DNA of 63,957 bases, filler included, from Stramenopiles sp. TOSAG23-6 (taxonomy: Eukaryota), in assembly GCA_900128565.1 (NCBI GenBank). It is 3 parts of 3 records of this genome, joined end to end, with 100 filler letters (N's around TTAATTAATTAA, not from the genome) between each part and the next. Parts side by side here need not be neighbours in the genome. Positions count along the whole stretch, not along the records: positions 1 to 22,089 come from LT636020.1; positions 22,190 to 44,274 come from LT636021.1; 1 more part is not named here. The stretch is one strand, 5' to 3'. The translations under genes were made by a program, and so were the position numbers. Of this stretch, positions 13,464-24,131 are shown piece after piece. The notes under the pieces are model-generated. The model did no database searches. It saw nothing but the letters and a program-made list of their open reading frames with translations, and was not told the origin of the DNA. Within the stretch, counting starts at the first letter, position 1. Each line of letters opens with the position of its first letter.

Positions 13464-14339
13464 TTAAAATGCAGCTTCATCATCATCACTATCATCCCAT
13501 GCATCCATTGAAATGAGTGCTTCTTCTGCCTTTCGCTGTAATTCCTCAAGACCTGTAATTTTTTCAAGTAATTTAGGTGTATTACAAGCCGCAATGACAA
13601 GATCAGCACCATTTTCTCCGGCTCCTTCAGTTATATTTGGACCTCGATAATTGCTTATAATTTTTGGAGAACAAGCAATACATTGATCAAACGAACGTGC
13701 AACAGGTAAAACTTGTGAAAAATGAGATAAAAATCCCCGAATTTGATGCGGAACTAATCCAAGTGTACTTCCTTTCCCTCCTTGACTCGGTCGGTAAGAT
13801 AAAGGCTGTACTGTATCAGCAGGTGCATTAGCACCAAGTGGATGGTGCAAAATATTCACCATTAATTCTACTGCAGATGCACTAGCAATAGCTGCTAATC
13901 CAGGTCTAGTTACAGTACATTGTTGATCAAGTGCACGATTGCTCATTGAGTCAAGTGGAGCTACTACGTCATTACAAAAATAACAACCTAGTTTACTTCC
14001 ACATACATTTGACTGTTTTGATGTTTTCTCTACACTTCCACTTTCTTTAGTCTCTTCTATTACATTTGATTTGTTTGAACCATTTGGTAAATCACCAGAG
14101 TAACCATGACGCATTACCATATACGTATCAAATCCTAATGCTGCATTTAATACAAGCTTACCCATAGCTCTTCCTAATAAACTAGGTAACCAACGTGATT
14201 CTCTTGTATCTGTTAAAAGAAATAGAACATCATGTTCTGAAACTAATTTCTCTATAGTTGACACATCTTTGCGAATGTATTATGAAAAAATATTTCAAAA
14301 AAAAAAAAGTGAAATTTGTTAGGTATGAAATTTTCTTTG

Positions 14340-14375
<36 letters not shown>

Positions 14376-14416
14376 AAAATGAAAAAAAAAAAAAGAAAAT
14401 TTTTTTGGGTTAAAAT

Positions 14417-14454
<38 letters not shown>

Positions 14455-14821
14455 CAATTTAAAATGTAAAATGTAAAAGTGGACCACGTACACACGTTCT
14501 TCTTCTATACTTCCAATACTAACAGGATGACCTGGCATTGGTATACTCATACAAATACCTCGAGATTCTACACCTGGAAATACCTTTTTTAATGAATCAG
14601 CAGCAGCTTGGGCTTTAGGTAAACCTCCGCCTTCACAATCAACAAAATTAAAAAGAGGTTGCCGCACTGGATTGGAATACGATACTCTCCCAGAATCCAA
14701 AAATGTAATATTACGTACACCCCAACCAATTAATGCTCGAGATACATAACAACCTAATGTTCCTGCTCCAAATAAAAGACATTTTGTGGTTGCTAATTTT
14801 TCAACGTTGAGTGATGGCATC
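13464..14821 (-). CDS. ATG7: Ubiquitin-like modifier-activating enzyme ATG7, C-terminal part (5' end lost at a chimeric junction)
   Basis: [63 protein letters not shown]; exons 14492-14821 and 13464-14274. Confidence 0.95.
14275..14491 (-). other. Family intron, GT..AT (poly-T tract probably mis-sized)
   Basis: GT|GTACGT ... ATACCTAAC ... TTCATAATACAT|T CGC gives [19 protein letters not shown]. Confidence 0.8.
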
Positions 14822-15038
14822 ATGTATTTTGTAAAAATATTTTCAAAAAAAATAAATGTTAGCCTAAAAAACGTTTTGAAAAAGAAAAAACAGCGGTTGA
14901 GGTGCAATTGGCAGAGCTTAAGGAAAAAAGAGAACAAGATCATGCGAAACTTATACGATTTCGTAAAAGGGCCGACGACGAACGTGCAGAAAAGGCAGCA
15001 ATTGAAGCTGAGCGTTTACGACAAGAAGACCTTGAACG

Positions 15039-15116
15039 NNNNNNNNNNNNNNNNNNNNNNNNNNNNNNNNNNNNNNNNNNNNNNNNNNNNNNNNNNNNNN
15101 NNNNNNNNNNNNNNNN
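15039..15116. other. Assembly gap (N run)
   Basis: Run of N. Confidence 0.95.
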
Positions 15117-15280
15117 TGAATTTACATGGGCACCAACATCCTTTGCGATTTGTTTCATTCCAGAGTTAAAAGAAGAAATAATGTCAATTTTAAAATTCTC
15201 CCTTTATTTTCCAAATCTCATACAAAATAAAGTTGTGATTTACAATAAAAATAAAAGTGAACTGAATGAATAAAAATGTA

Positions 15281-16999
15281 TTATTCTTCCACTGTACTAG
15301 TCCCATAATTCCGGTTTGAAACAACTGGAAAATAATCCTCACTTGGATCTTTTGTGGCAGTGCATCGACGAAATATTAAAATTAATCCTGATACAAGAAT
15401 GATAAACAAAATTGCGTATTTCGCCACTATTAAACTAAATACTGGTGAAGGCTCAAATTGAACTTTTTCAGCCCATGTCTTGTCTCTTGGATCTAAGTCT
15501 CGATGAAGCCACGTTGGTTCATCTAAAACATCTGCATATATAGTAGTGAAGAAACATTTCAAAAATTTGATTTTTTTGTTAGGTATACTAATTTCTATGG
15601 AAAAAATATAGATAAAAAAATGAAATGATGAAAACATACATGTCGTATTGGATATTCATTTTCACATCGCTCAGCTTCATACCTACACGTCCAACAGAAT
15701 GCTTCAACAGCCTTATATACTATCCTATCATCGCCTTCCCAACTATATATATTGTGAAAAAATATTTCAAAAAAAAATCGTTAGGTAAAAAATTTCGTAT
15801 GAAAAAAAAATTAAATTAGAAATTCATATAAACATACACGTTTCTGCTGCTATACTCTCATTGCTAGGGAATTCATCTTTGAAATAGCCCTTAAAAGAGT
15901 CTCTATTGCAATCTAAAATATTTATGTACTTGATAGTGCAGGTAGGAGGGTGTCCAACTTTCCAGTCAAAAGCTCGCCGAACATCATCTGGTAAATCTTG
16001 AAACAAACCTGCTTGTAATTGTAACATTTTAACTCCTTCAAAGCCGTTTTCATAGAAATTAAGTAGTGGGGAAGGGGGTAAACAGTCGGGTATATATTCC
16101 ACCTGTTGTAGATTGATGTTCGTCGGAATGAACTCAGCAGACGACGCATCAAATGAACACACAGGAGCGTCGATGACACACTCAGAGGGATCGTTTTTAG
16201 GTTTTTCGCTTTGAACGGCAACTCCGAGGTGATTTCCAGAATTCATGTTGTTTTCGATATCATACACTTCACCATCACTATCTGATTGTAGGAAACTGTT
16301 AATAGGTTTCTTCGCAGTTGAAGTAACTATTTTTCTAGATGAACAGTCAGCGGAATTATAAAATTTATTGGGCGAAGGAGATGCTGTCACGTCGTCAGAA
16401 CTACCTATACTAGATAAATCAGTGCTTTCTTCATTCGCACACGAACTACCCGAACTAGTCGTCATATCAAGTTTATCGAGAACTTTGTGTGAAGCTTTTG
16501 ATACGTATATAGCGTCGTCAACACATACCAAGTCACCATCAGTTAACGATAAATCGAGTTGAGCGGCTGTTTCAAAGGTTGAATAGGAAGCTGTAAGCCG
16601 AGTAGGTAGGTTCGAAATCAGCGGACAATTTGTCGAAACAACACTGATGACACTTCCAGGTGAAAATGTTTTGTTTTCGTCAAGGCCCGTATGTGCGTAA
16701 ATATGTATTTTCGTTGTCTTCTGTGGAGTTGAAAAAGGGGACTTATCTTTATTATCCCAAGCTTGCATGCGCAAACTTTCAGAGTCTTTAGAGAGCCCGC
16801 GTGATCGGTGTTTCTTACCATCTATGATTGTCGTAGCTACATTACTTTGTTTTGTTGTATTCTTCAATACTGGTCTGTCAATAATGAGTTCCCTTTGAAA
16901 GACGTCGTGGTTGAAAGCGTCTTCATCTGAAAATTTATTTTCTTTATCTGTCGACATATTTCTTGTATCTAAAACAACACTATTCTCATTATACTTCAT
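15281..16999 (-). CDS. Hypothetical Ser-rich protein with C-terminal TM helix, 3 exons
   Basis: Exons 15838-16999, 15640-15746 and 15281-15535 join without stops; FSLIVAKYAILFIILVSGLILIF TM segment. Confidence 0.7.
15536..15639 (-). other. Family intron, GT..AT
   Basis: CAT|GTATGTTTTCAT ... ATACCTAAC ... ACTATATAT|GCA GAT. Confidence 0.75.
15747..15837 (-). other. Family intron, GT..AT
   Basis: GT|GTATGTTT ... TTCATACGAAATTTTTTACCTAAC ... TTCACAATATAT|AT AGT. Confidence 0.8.
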
Positions 17000-17422
17000 A
17001 ACATAGATATCTGATAATAATCAGAGACAAGGTGTGTCTAAATTCAAAGACTTCACACGACAGTACTGTTTATACGGACAATTACAGTGAATCGTAAAAT
17101 CCTTGATGTTCAAGATCTTCGGGTCGCTCAAATAACAACCACTCCATGTGGGGGAGCTCCTCGAATCCTCTCACAAAATCCTTTTTCAAATGTCAGGCAG
17201 ATTTTTTAAGGATTTCGTGTTGTACGAAATTTTTGTACCTAAGTACTAGTTTTCCTCCCACCAGATTTCGTGGTGAGTTCCTCTCATGCATGACGTGCCG
17301 GATTTACCAATTTACCGGCATGAAAGGAACTCAAAACGAGTCAGTTCCTCTCGAAATTGTTCATAACAGCACATAACCTTCATAAAAACTGTAAATCTTT
17401 CAACAAAAAAATACAAATTAAG

Positions 17423-18445
17423 ATGAGAAATATTACAATTATTCTAGCATTTCTTGCATTGTCTATTATTGATGCCCAAGAAGATGTTAAAGTAACGAAG
17501 AATTTACCACTTCGACGTTGTTCTAGTGACGGAAAATGTCACACGAGTGAAACGCCGCAAGCCTTGCTCGAAACAGGAGCTGGTACAAGAAACGAACTTC
17601 TTACAGTTGGTCCAAGTGATTCAGATATTAACAATATATCCAACACTAACACAGTTGCTGCTAATTCATCAATGTATAAGCACGATATGGAGGATGAAAC
17701 GCAACCCGAACAAGCTACTAAAAAGCTCACTGTTGTAGAAAATATCAGCAATTTGGACGACGTACACCGTAAGTGTACTCCCGAAGGTAACTGTGACGTA
17801 GATGAAAACCCAACTGAGGAATCAACGAAAGAAGAAAAAGAGGCAACACAACCTAATTCACAAAAGACAACTCCGAGAGATGTTCAAATTCATACCAAAA
17901 TTACCAAAATTACTAAACCTATTGTTAAAGTAGACAATACAAACAAAGCTACTGCTGATTTACCTAAAACAAAAGGTTTGTCTTCTACACAAGCAGCTAA
18001 CACAGCTGCTGCTACTTCATCCATGAAAGAAAACACAGAAGTACTAATGACACCAGAGGATGCGAAATCTAAGTACAAAAATAAGTACAAAAAAGGAACG
18101 AAAGTTCGCATAATGTATGACGGTCAATACCAAAATGCTATTATAGAATCGATCGTCCGTAAGGACAGCAAAAAGGACGCACGATCTGAATATAAGGTTC
18201 GATTATCTGACAATCAAGATGAATTGATTGTTCAAGAATCATCAATAAGGGCATTTTCTTCATCGTTTCATGCTGGTGTACTTGGAAGAGGAAATGGGAA
18301 AAGCAAGGAATCGCATACAATATTTCTATTTGTACTTTTTGTAATTTTATGTGGACTTGTAATATGTTTCATCAATATGCGAACTCGTAAGGAGACTTAT
18401 GAATACACTACAGCCCCAAAGATGCAACAACAATTTAGTCTCTAA
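17423..18445 (+). CDS. Predicted type I membrane protein (signal peptide, Thr-rich stalk, Tudor/SH3-like barrel, TM)
   Basis: MRNITIILAFLALSIIDA signal; YKKGTKVRIMYDGQYQNAII..EYKVRL barrel-like segment; TM IFLFVLFVILCGLVICFI. Confidence 0.65.
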   Translation: MRNITIILAFLALSIIDAQEDVKVTKNLPLRRCSSDGKCHTSETPQALLETGAGTRNELLTVGPSDSDINNISNTNTVAANSSMYKHDMEDETQPEQATKKLTVVENISNLDDVHRKCTPEGNCDVDENPTEESTKEEKEATQPNSQKTTPRDVQIHTKITKITKPIVKVDNTNKATADLPKTKGLSSTQAANTAAATSSMKENTEVLMTPEDAKSKYKNKYKKGTKVRIMYDGQYQNAIIESIVRKDSKKDARSEYKVRLSDNQDELIVQESSIRAFSSSFHAGVLGRGNGKSKESHTIFLFVLFVILCGLVICFINMRTRKETYEYTTAPKMQQQFSL

Positions 18446-18657
18446 TGTCTTTTATAATTTGAGCAGGCAGGAAATTTTATAAACTGTTTACAATAAAATG
18501 TCTACACAATGACTTTGAAAAAAATGATGTAATAAAATAACAAAACATATAAACTCACTTTTTAGCTTTATTTTTATCAAAATACAAACATCATCATCCA
18601 AATGAAATATTTACATCAAGGAGCTCGAGTAGTAGAAAATAATTTCACTACATCTCA

Positions 18658-19251
18658 TCAAGGAGCTCGAGTAGTAGAAAATAATTTCAATCCATCTCGC
18701 CACTCATTTTCCTGTAAACCACTGGGAGTCCGAACTCCAACAACGCCTAGCTGCTGATGTAATTTACCAACATGGTCACCCCAGTTGCAATCATCAAAAA
18801 ACAGCATTTCTGAATAAGGAATTCCAGAAATTTCACTTATCTTTTTGAAGTGAGTTCTTTTATCACTCGTCAAACCACCACTTCGACGGCCAATGGCTAG
18901 AAAACTAAAAACATGCTCCATAAGAACGCCAGGAGATAATTCAATAGTGTTCAAAACAAACTTTGCAAACTCTGGCTCTTCAGTAGAGCTAGCCGCAGCA
19001 ACACGAACCGTGGACAGTTCAGGTCTAGTTCGCAATTCGTTAAGAGCAATGCGAGCCCCTTCAAATAGACGAACAGTTTCTTTGCCGTTAGAAGCTCCAA
19101 CCACAAGTCCAGATGAAGCACCATAAACTGGAGTTTTTGGTGGACCTGAAAGCTCATACATTTCAGGACTCCACATACACATATCTAAATCAAAGACCAC
19201 TAACTGAGGTAAACGGGACGGAAGTAAAGGTAGTTGTTGATGACTCATCAT
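18658..19251 (-). CDS. MDP1: Magnesium-dependent phosphatase 1 (HAD family)
   Basis: PQLVVFDLDMCMW, VAAASST, KRTHF...GIPYSEMLFFDD motifs. Confidence 0.9.
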   Translation of the reverse strand: MMSHQQLPLLPSRLPQLVVFDLDMCMWSPEMYELSGPPKTPVYGASSGLVVGASNGKETVRLFEGARIALNELRTRPELSTVRVAAASSTEEPEFAKFVLNTIELSPGVLMEHVFSFLAIGRRSGGLTSDKRTHFKKISEISGIPYSEMLFFDDCNWGDHVGKLHQQLGVVGVRTPSGLQENEWRDGLKLFSTTRAP

Positions 19252-19252
19252 C

Positions 19253-19402
19253 TTAGATCGCGAGCATATCACCATATGCGAAAATGGCAGCAGAAGTAAC
19301 AGCGAAGATTACACAGTTTTTGGCAACTTCAATTTTTTTAGCAATCGCAGGTTCTGATAACTTTTCATAAGCGGATTTTACAAGTGTAGAGAATTTCGTC
19401 AT
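19253..19402 (-). CDS. TOM5: TOM5-like 49-aa mitochondrial outer-membrane translocase subunit
   Basis: Size, C-terminal TM and ending FA.......YGDMLAI resemble plant-type TOM5. Confidence 0.55.
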   Translation of the reverse strand: MTKFSTLVKSAYEKLSEPAIAKKIEVAKNCVIFAVTSAAIFAYGDMLAI

Positions 19403-19650
19403 GTTTGTGGGAAATGTAAAACGTACTACTAAGAAAATATTGTGTGTATGTTGCGCACTGGTCATAATACCGTAGGTAGGTTTCAGTGAGTTGACTAGCA
19501 TATTACCGGGTATCCGATGACACATGTGTTTTGACAGAAACAATTCACCATTTATTTTGTNATNATGGGTAAGACATCGATCGCTATACATTCTCAATTT
19601 ATTGTTCCACAATTCTCACACAAAAGAACATACAGTAAGATACTGTGCCA

Positions 19651-21205
19651 ATGACATTCTATCGTGTCGTACCTAGACTTCACAATCGAGGAAATATTAT
19701 CGGAAAGGTTCATCGAAGCTTCACAACATCAACTGCAAAAGTTTCGAACTTTCGAAAGAAGTGCTCACCCATCGCAAAAGTAGCTGCTATTACTATTACC
19801 GCTGGTGGTATTACAAATTGTGCACTAGCTGAAAAGAGTGACGCTTCAAATAACATTAATCTAAGCAAGTCGGAATGGGCTATTCGGGTTGGTGCTCTAT
19901 CTGCTGTAATGGGAACAGCTTTGTACTTTTTTTCCAGATGGCAAGGCAAAGAAAAGGCCGCTGTTTATCCTGACCCAGGTCTTGGTAACCGGCTATCTGA
20001 GAAAATACGACTCCGAGTGGAAAAGAAACTCAAAAAGGTTGATTTATTAATTGCTCGCGCTGATAAGGAAAAACGAGAAGATTTACTAGAAGAGGCATTG
20101 GATGTTTTTCAATCTACTGTTGAGGCACAATCCAATAAAATGGGCCTCTGCGACGCCGTTGCTCGTTCTTCAAGTCTTGTCTCTTCAGAAACTGTGAGTA
20201 TCATTGCTGATTTGTATTTTCGACGTGGTATTGAATCCACAAAAAGCAGAAAATGGGACAAAGCGATTGATAACTTTTGTACATCTATGTAGGCTTTCAT
20301 CAGTAATTTCAATTTTATTTTGTACCTAACAAATTTTGAATCTAACATTTTTTTTTACAAAAACAAATATTTTTTCACTATATATGGCAATGATAAAATC
20401 AGCTCTTGATGGTGAGGAAAGTGAACCTTTTCAGAGAGCTTTATTCGAATCTGGTAAACTCTTACAGCAAGCCCCAGTGGAATCCGCATTACATGTATAT
20501 TTTATTTTTTTTCAATTTCGAATTTATTATTTTTTTCATACGAAATTTTGTACCTAACAAATTTTAGTTTTTTTTTTTTAATATTTTTCCGCATTACAAA
20601 AGATAAATCTTTTAGAACAGGCTGTCAAATTATTTTCACAAATATTTGGACCTCATCATACCGTCCTTGCTCAAGCTTGGAATGATTTGGCTGATATTCA
20701 TCAAAAACAAAAAGATTTCCGCATGTCTCTTAAAGCTTTACAAGAAGCCAAAATTGTTCAAGAGTTCTCTTTAAACAAAAATCATCCTGACTATGCAAAA
20801 ACTTTATTGAAAATGGTACGTTTTCAACATACATTTCAAATTATTTTTTTTTGTACGGAATTTTGTACCTAACAAAAACGGATTTTTTTTGAGACATAAT
20901 TTTTTACAATATTTGGACACTGTAATTTAGCCATGCGTAAATTTGATGTAGCAGAGTCTTTATTCAAAGAAGCAGCCAAAATTTTTAAGATTTCAATTGG
21001 ACCAAAGCATCCACTTAGTCTTGAAAGTCTTCATATGATTAAAGTTGTTTCAGAAAAAAGTCAAAAAATGGATGATGCCATTCAAACACAAAACTCGAGG
21101 GAACTGAACCGAAGAAAAAGAGCTACGGAAGCTGCATCTTGGATTAGTCCTGAAAGGGGAGGTGGAAAGGCACCTTCTACGGCATGGATACCACCTAGTT
21201 CTTAA
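19651..21205 (+). CDS. TPR-containing protein with mitochondrial-type presequence and TM segment, 4 exons
   Basis: Arg/Ser/Thr-rich N-terminus; FGPHHTVLAQAWNDLA, HPDYAKTL, IGPKHP repeats of the kinesin-light-chain TPR type; continuous after removing 3 introns. Confidence 0.75.
20289..20385 (+). other. Family intron, GT..AT
   Basis: AT|GTAGGC ... GTACCTAAC ... TTCACTATATAT|G GCA. Confidence 0.8.
20495..20599 (+). other. Family intron, GT..AA
   Basis: CAT|GTATAT ... TTCATACGAAATTTTGTACCTAAC ... GCATTACAA|AAG ATA; an in-frame AG 3 nt downstream (20602) is an alternative acceptor. Confidence 0.55.
20816..20914 (+). other. Family intron, GT..TT
   Basis: ATG|GTACGTTTT ... GTACCTAAC ... TTACAATATTT|GGA CAC gives TPR KTLLKMGHCNL. 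Confidence 0.8.
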
Positions 21206-21354
21206 TTTTTGTTTACTGGTTATGTTTATTTAGATTGTATTGTATAATTGGATTAAACAAATTAAACATTTTTTTATTGGTTATAAATTGGAAACCAAAA
21301 ATAAAACAATACAAATGTAATAATTTAGTTTGCTATTGACTTTTACTTTTGATT

Positions 21355-22089
21355 TTAGTTGTCTTCTGTTGTCAATTCATCTGTAATTAATCCAGCTGGT
21401 GTTGCAACAATTAATGATTTACATCCATAGAAAGCANGCTNACNAATACTAGTCACACTATTTGGAATTGTTATAGAATTTAGTGATTCACATCCAGAGA
21501 AAGCACCATTACCAATACTAGTAACACTATTTGGGATTGTTATAGAATTTAGTGATTCACATAAACAGAAAGCATAATTACCAATACTAGTTACACTATT
21601 TGGAATTGTTATAGAATTTAATGATGTACATACTTGGAAAGCATAATCACTAATACTAGTTACACTATTTGGAATTGTTATAGAATTTAGTGATTTACAT
21701 CCACGGAAAGCACCATTACCAATACTAGTAACACTATTTGGAATTGTTATAGAATTTAATGATTTACATTGATAGAAAACATACTCACCAATACTAGTTA
21801 CACTATTTGGAATTGTTATAGACTTTAGTGATTTGCAGTCACGAAAAGCATTCTTACCAATACTACTCACACTATTTGGAATTGTTATAGAATCTAATGA
21901 TTTACATCTACAGAAAGCATAACTACCAATAATAGTCACACTATTCGGGATTATAATTGATTTTAGTGACATGCCTATGAAGGCTTCCTTTTCAAGATAA
22001 GTCACAACTTCTGACAAAAATGATTTGATATTACGCCATACATCATCACCTCCATCCCAATACATCTTTCTCCTGGCTTCAGCATCTCT
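21355..22089 (-). CDS. BspA-type leucine-rich-repeat protein (LRR_5), probably 5'-truncated by the gap
   Basis: About eight 23-aa repeats [18 protein letters not shown] (69-nt DNA period). Confidence 0.9.
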   Translation of the reverse strand, partial: RDAEARRKMYWDGGDDVWRNIKSFLSEVVTYLEKEAFIGMSLKSIIIPNSVTIIGSYAFCRCKSLDSITIPNSVSSIGKNAFRDCKSLKSITIPNSVTSIGEYVFYQCKSLNSITIPNSVTSIGNGAFRGCKSLNSITIPNSVTSISDYAFQVCTSLNSITIPNSVTSIGNYAFCLCESLNSITIPNSVTSIGNGAFSGCESLNSITIPNSVTSIXXXAFYGCKSLIVATPAGLITDELTTEDN

Positions 22090-22189
22090 NNNNNNNNNNN
22101 NNNNNNNNNNNNNNNNNNNNNNNNNNNNNNNNNTTAATTAATTAANNNNNNNNNNNNNNNNNNNNNNNNNNNNNNNNNNNNNNNNNNNN
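22090..22189. other. Synthetic contig-join spacer N44-TTAATTAATTAA-N44
   Basis: All-frame stop linker between N runs; same structure at 44275-44374. Confidence 0.95.
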
Positions 22190-23752
22190 TGAGAATGTTT
22201 CATGTATGTTTTATTTTTTTTCAAATTCGATTTTTTTTCGTACTAAATTTTGTACCTAACGAATTTAGTTTTTTTTTTTTGAAATATTTTTCCAAAATAC
22301 ATGTAGATCTGAAATAGATTTTGGAAATCGTTTGTCTAAATTGACTGAAGAAAATTCTACTGTTGAAAGTTCACATATATGTCGTAGTATATTTTGTGTT
22401 CGTTTAGGTTGGATGTATGTTTTCAGAATCAATTTTAAATTTATTTATTTTTCGTACGAAATTTTGTACGTAACAAAACAATTTACTAAAAAAAAATATT
22501 TTTCCAAAATACATGTGTGGTAATGTATGTTATGGGGGTAGTGGACTTGATACGACTCGCGTGTCTACTCTTGATACAAATACAAGTCATGATGTTTTTT
22601 CATCTATAGTTACAGAAAAAAGTAGTGATATACATAATAAAGGATTGTTTGTGAGGAATGGTATTGATGAGACACCAGATAAATTTTTCACCTGTGAGCA
22701 AGTTTTAGGAAATATAGATATATCAACTAAACAAAAATACAACTGTGGGTGTAATGTGCAACATTTTATCAATAATCTAGTTATATTACGACATCGACCT
22801 CGAATATTAGAATTAAGCCCTGGGGGCAGTGGATCATCTCTTGTGTTCTCCGTGCTTAGTCGAGTTTTTCCATTGATTGGACATCGGTGCCCTTCTACGA
22901 ATAACAAGAACAAATCTACAAATCAATCAAAAGATAGAGAGGAAGAGTGCAAACTTCAAGGTCAACTATATCGTTTTTCATACGACATTTCGTACCTAAC
23001 GAATGTTTTTTTAAATATTTTTTCACAGTACATTTACATCTAGAGAAACATATGTAATTTCTGCTGTAAGAAATCCTTTTGATTTATTAGCAAGACGAAA
23101 AAGACAACAAATTCAAAATCTGTTTGGTACGGAATTTAGTATGGATTCAATTTCAAATTTGCAAAGTGCCACCCCTATCTCTTCTTACAAGACTTTGCAA
23201 AAGTCAATTTTCAGACAAATTGCTGAAATGAAACGGCATATTGAAAGTTTATTTTGTATCTTGGATATGCATGCTGCAGGTGATCTCCCAAGACATTTGA
23301 TTCTTAGATATGAATTATTTGCTGGAAAAAAACCAAAAGGTGTAGATGAAAACACGAAATCATTTTCAAACAAAACATTTCAAAATGAAAAATGGGAATA
23401 TCTTTTTGATGAGATTGAAAAGTTTTTTGCACCATCAGTTATTATTACTACACAAGAACGCCTTAAAATATCGACTGAATTTGATATGAATAAAATCATG
23501 TCAAATAAAAGGAAGCAAAAGCTGGGGCACATACCTGTTGGACATAGTACTGGAGATGGTACATCACAATTTCGATTAGTTTTGTCAAATGAAGATATCG
23601 CTTTGGTTTGCAGAGAATTTGGAGAATATATTCGTCGATTCAAGTTTTCTGATTTAATTCAATGTGAAAAATATATTGATGAATACTTTGAGGTGGATGA
23701 AAGACTGCCAATGATACCTGCAGCAGATGATATGTATTGTGGTATTATATAA
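22190..23752 (+). CDS. Partial gene with a sulfotransferase-like C-terminal domain, at least 4 exons
   Basis: SPGGSGSS, VISAVRNPFD, LILRYELF, ..QFRLVLSNED..LV...FGE motifs; continuous after removing 3 introns. Confidence 0.6.
22204..22302 (+). other. Family intron, GT..AT
   Basis: AT|GTATGTTTT ... GTACCTAAC ... CCAAAATACAT|GT AGA; the AG 4 nt downstream leads to a TAG stop (upstream frame is short because of the gap). Confidence 0.75.
22415..22514 (+). other. Family intron, GT..AT
   Basis: AT|GTATGTTTTC ... TTTCGTACGAAATTTTGTACGTAAC ... CCAAAATACAT|G TGT. Confidence 0.8.
22961..23033 (+). other. Short family intron with atypical donor GTCAAC, GT..AT
   Basis: 3' half typical (CGTACCTAAC ... 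TTCACAGTACAT); donor inferred from frame only. Confidence 0.55.
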
Positions 23753-24131
23753 ATTCATCTTTTATTTTCTTAGATATTTGTGGTATTATATAAATTCATC
23801 TTTTATTTTCTTTAGTTCAAATTTGTATTTTATAAATTTCGAAATTGTGGATTGCCATTGCAATTTGCAATGATTTGCAATGGCTGCCGCCGCTGCCGCG
23901 ATTGCGGATTTCAGATTGCCGATTTAGATTTAGATTACATTGCTGCGTTATTTATTTTTTATGAAAAAAAAATTGCAAAAAAATTATCGGTTATTTTTTT
24001 TCAAGCAAAAACAAAAACGCTCCTCCCTCTTCAGTAAAAGATAACGACTCCTCCACGATAAGTGTATTTATTGTGTACGATAGCTAAATATTGCTTGACC
24101 CATATTCAGCAGTGAAAACACGGAGAGGATC

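Noticed and set aside
14880-15038. Coiled-coil fragment as part of, or antisense to, ATG7
   Set aside because: It is an unrelated plus-strand coding fragment joined inside the ATG7 intron next to a gap, most likely a mis-join.
20495-20599. A-to-I editing creating AG acceptors
   Set aside because: It could explain only the single AA case, not AT, TT, CT or GT.
21440-21960. CRISPR-like regular repeats
   Set aside because: The 69-nt period is in frame and encodes LRR_5 units; there are no unique spacers and no cas genes.
22134-22145. TTAATTAATTAA palindrome (also 44319-44330)
   Set aside because: Synthetic all-frame stop linker between N runs; gene order across it is meaningless.
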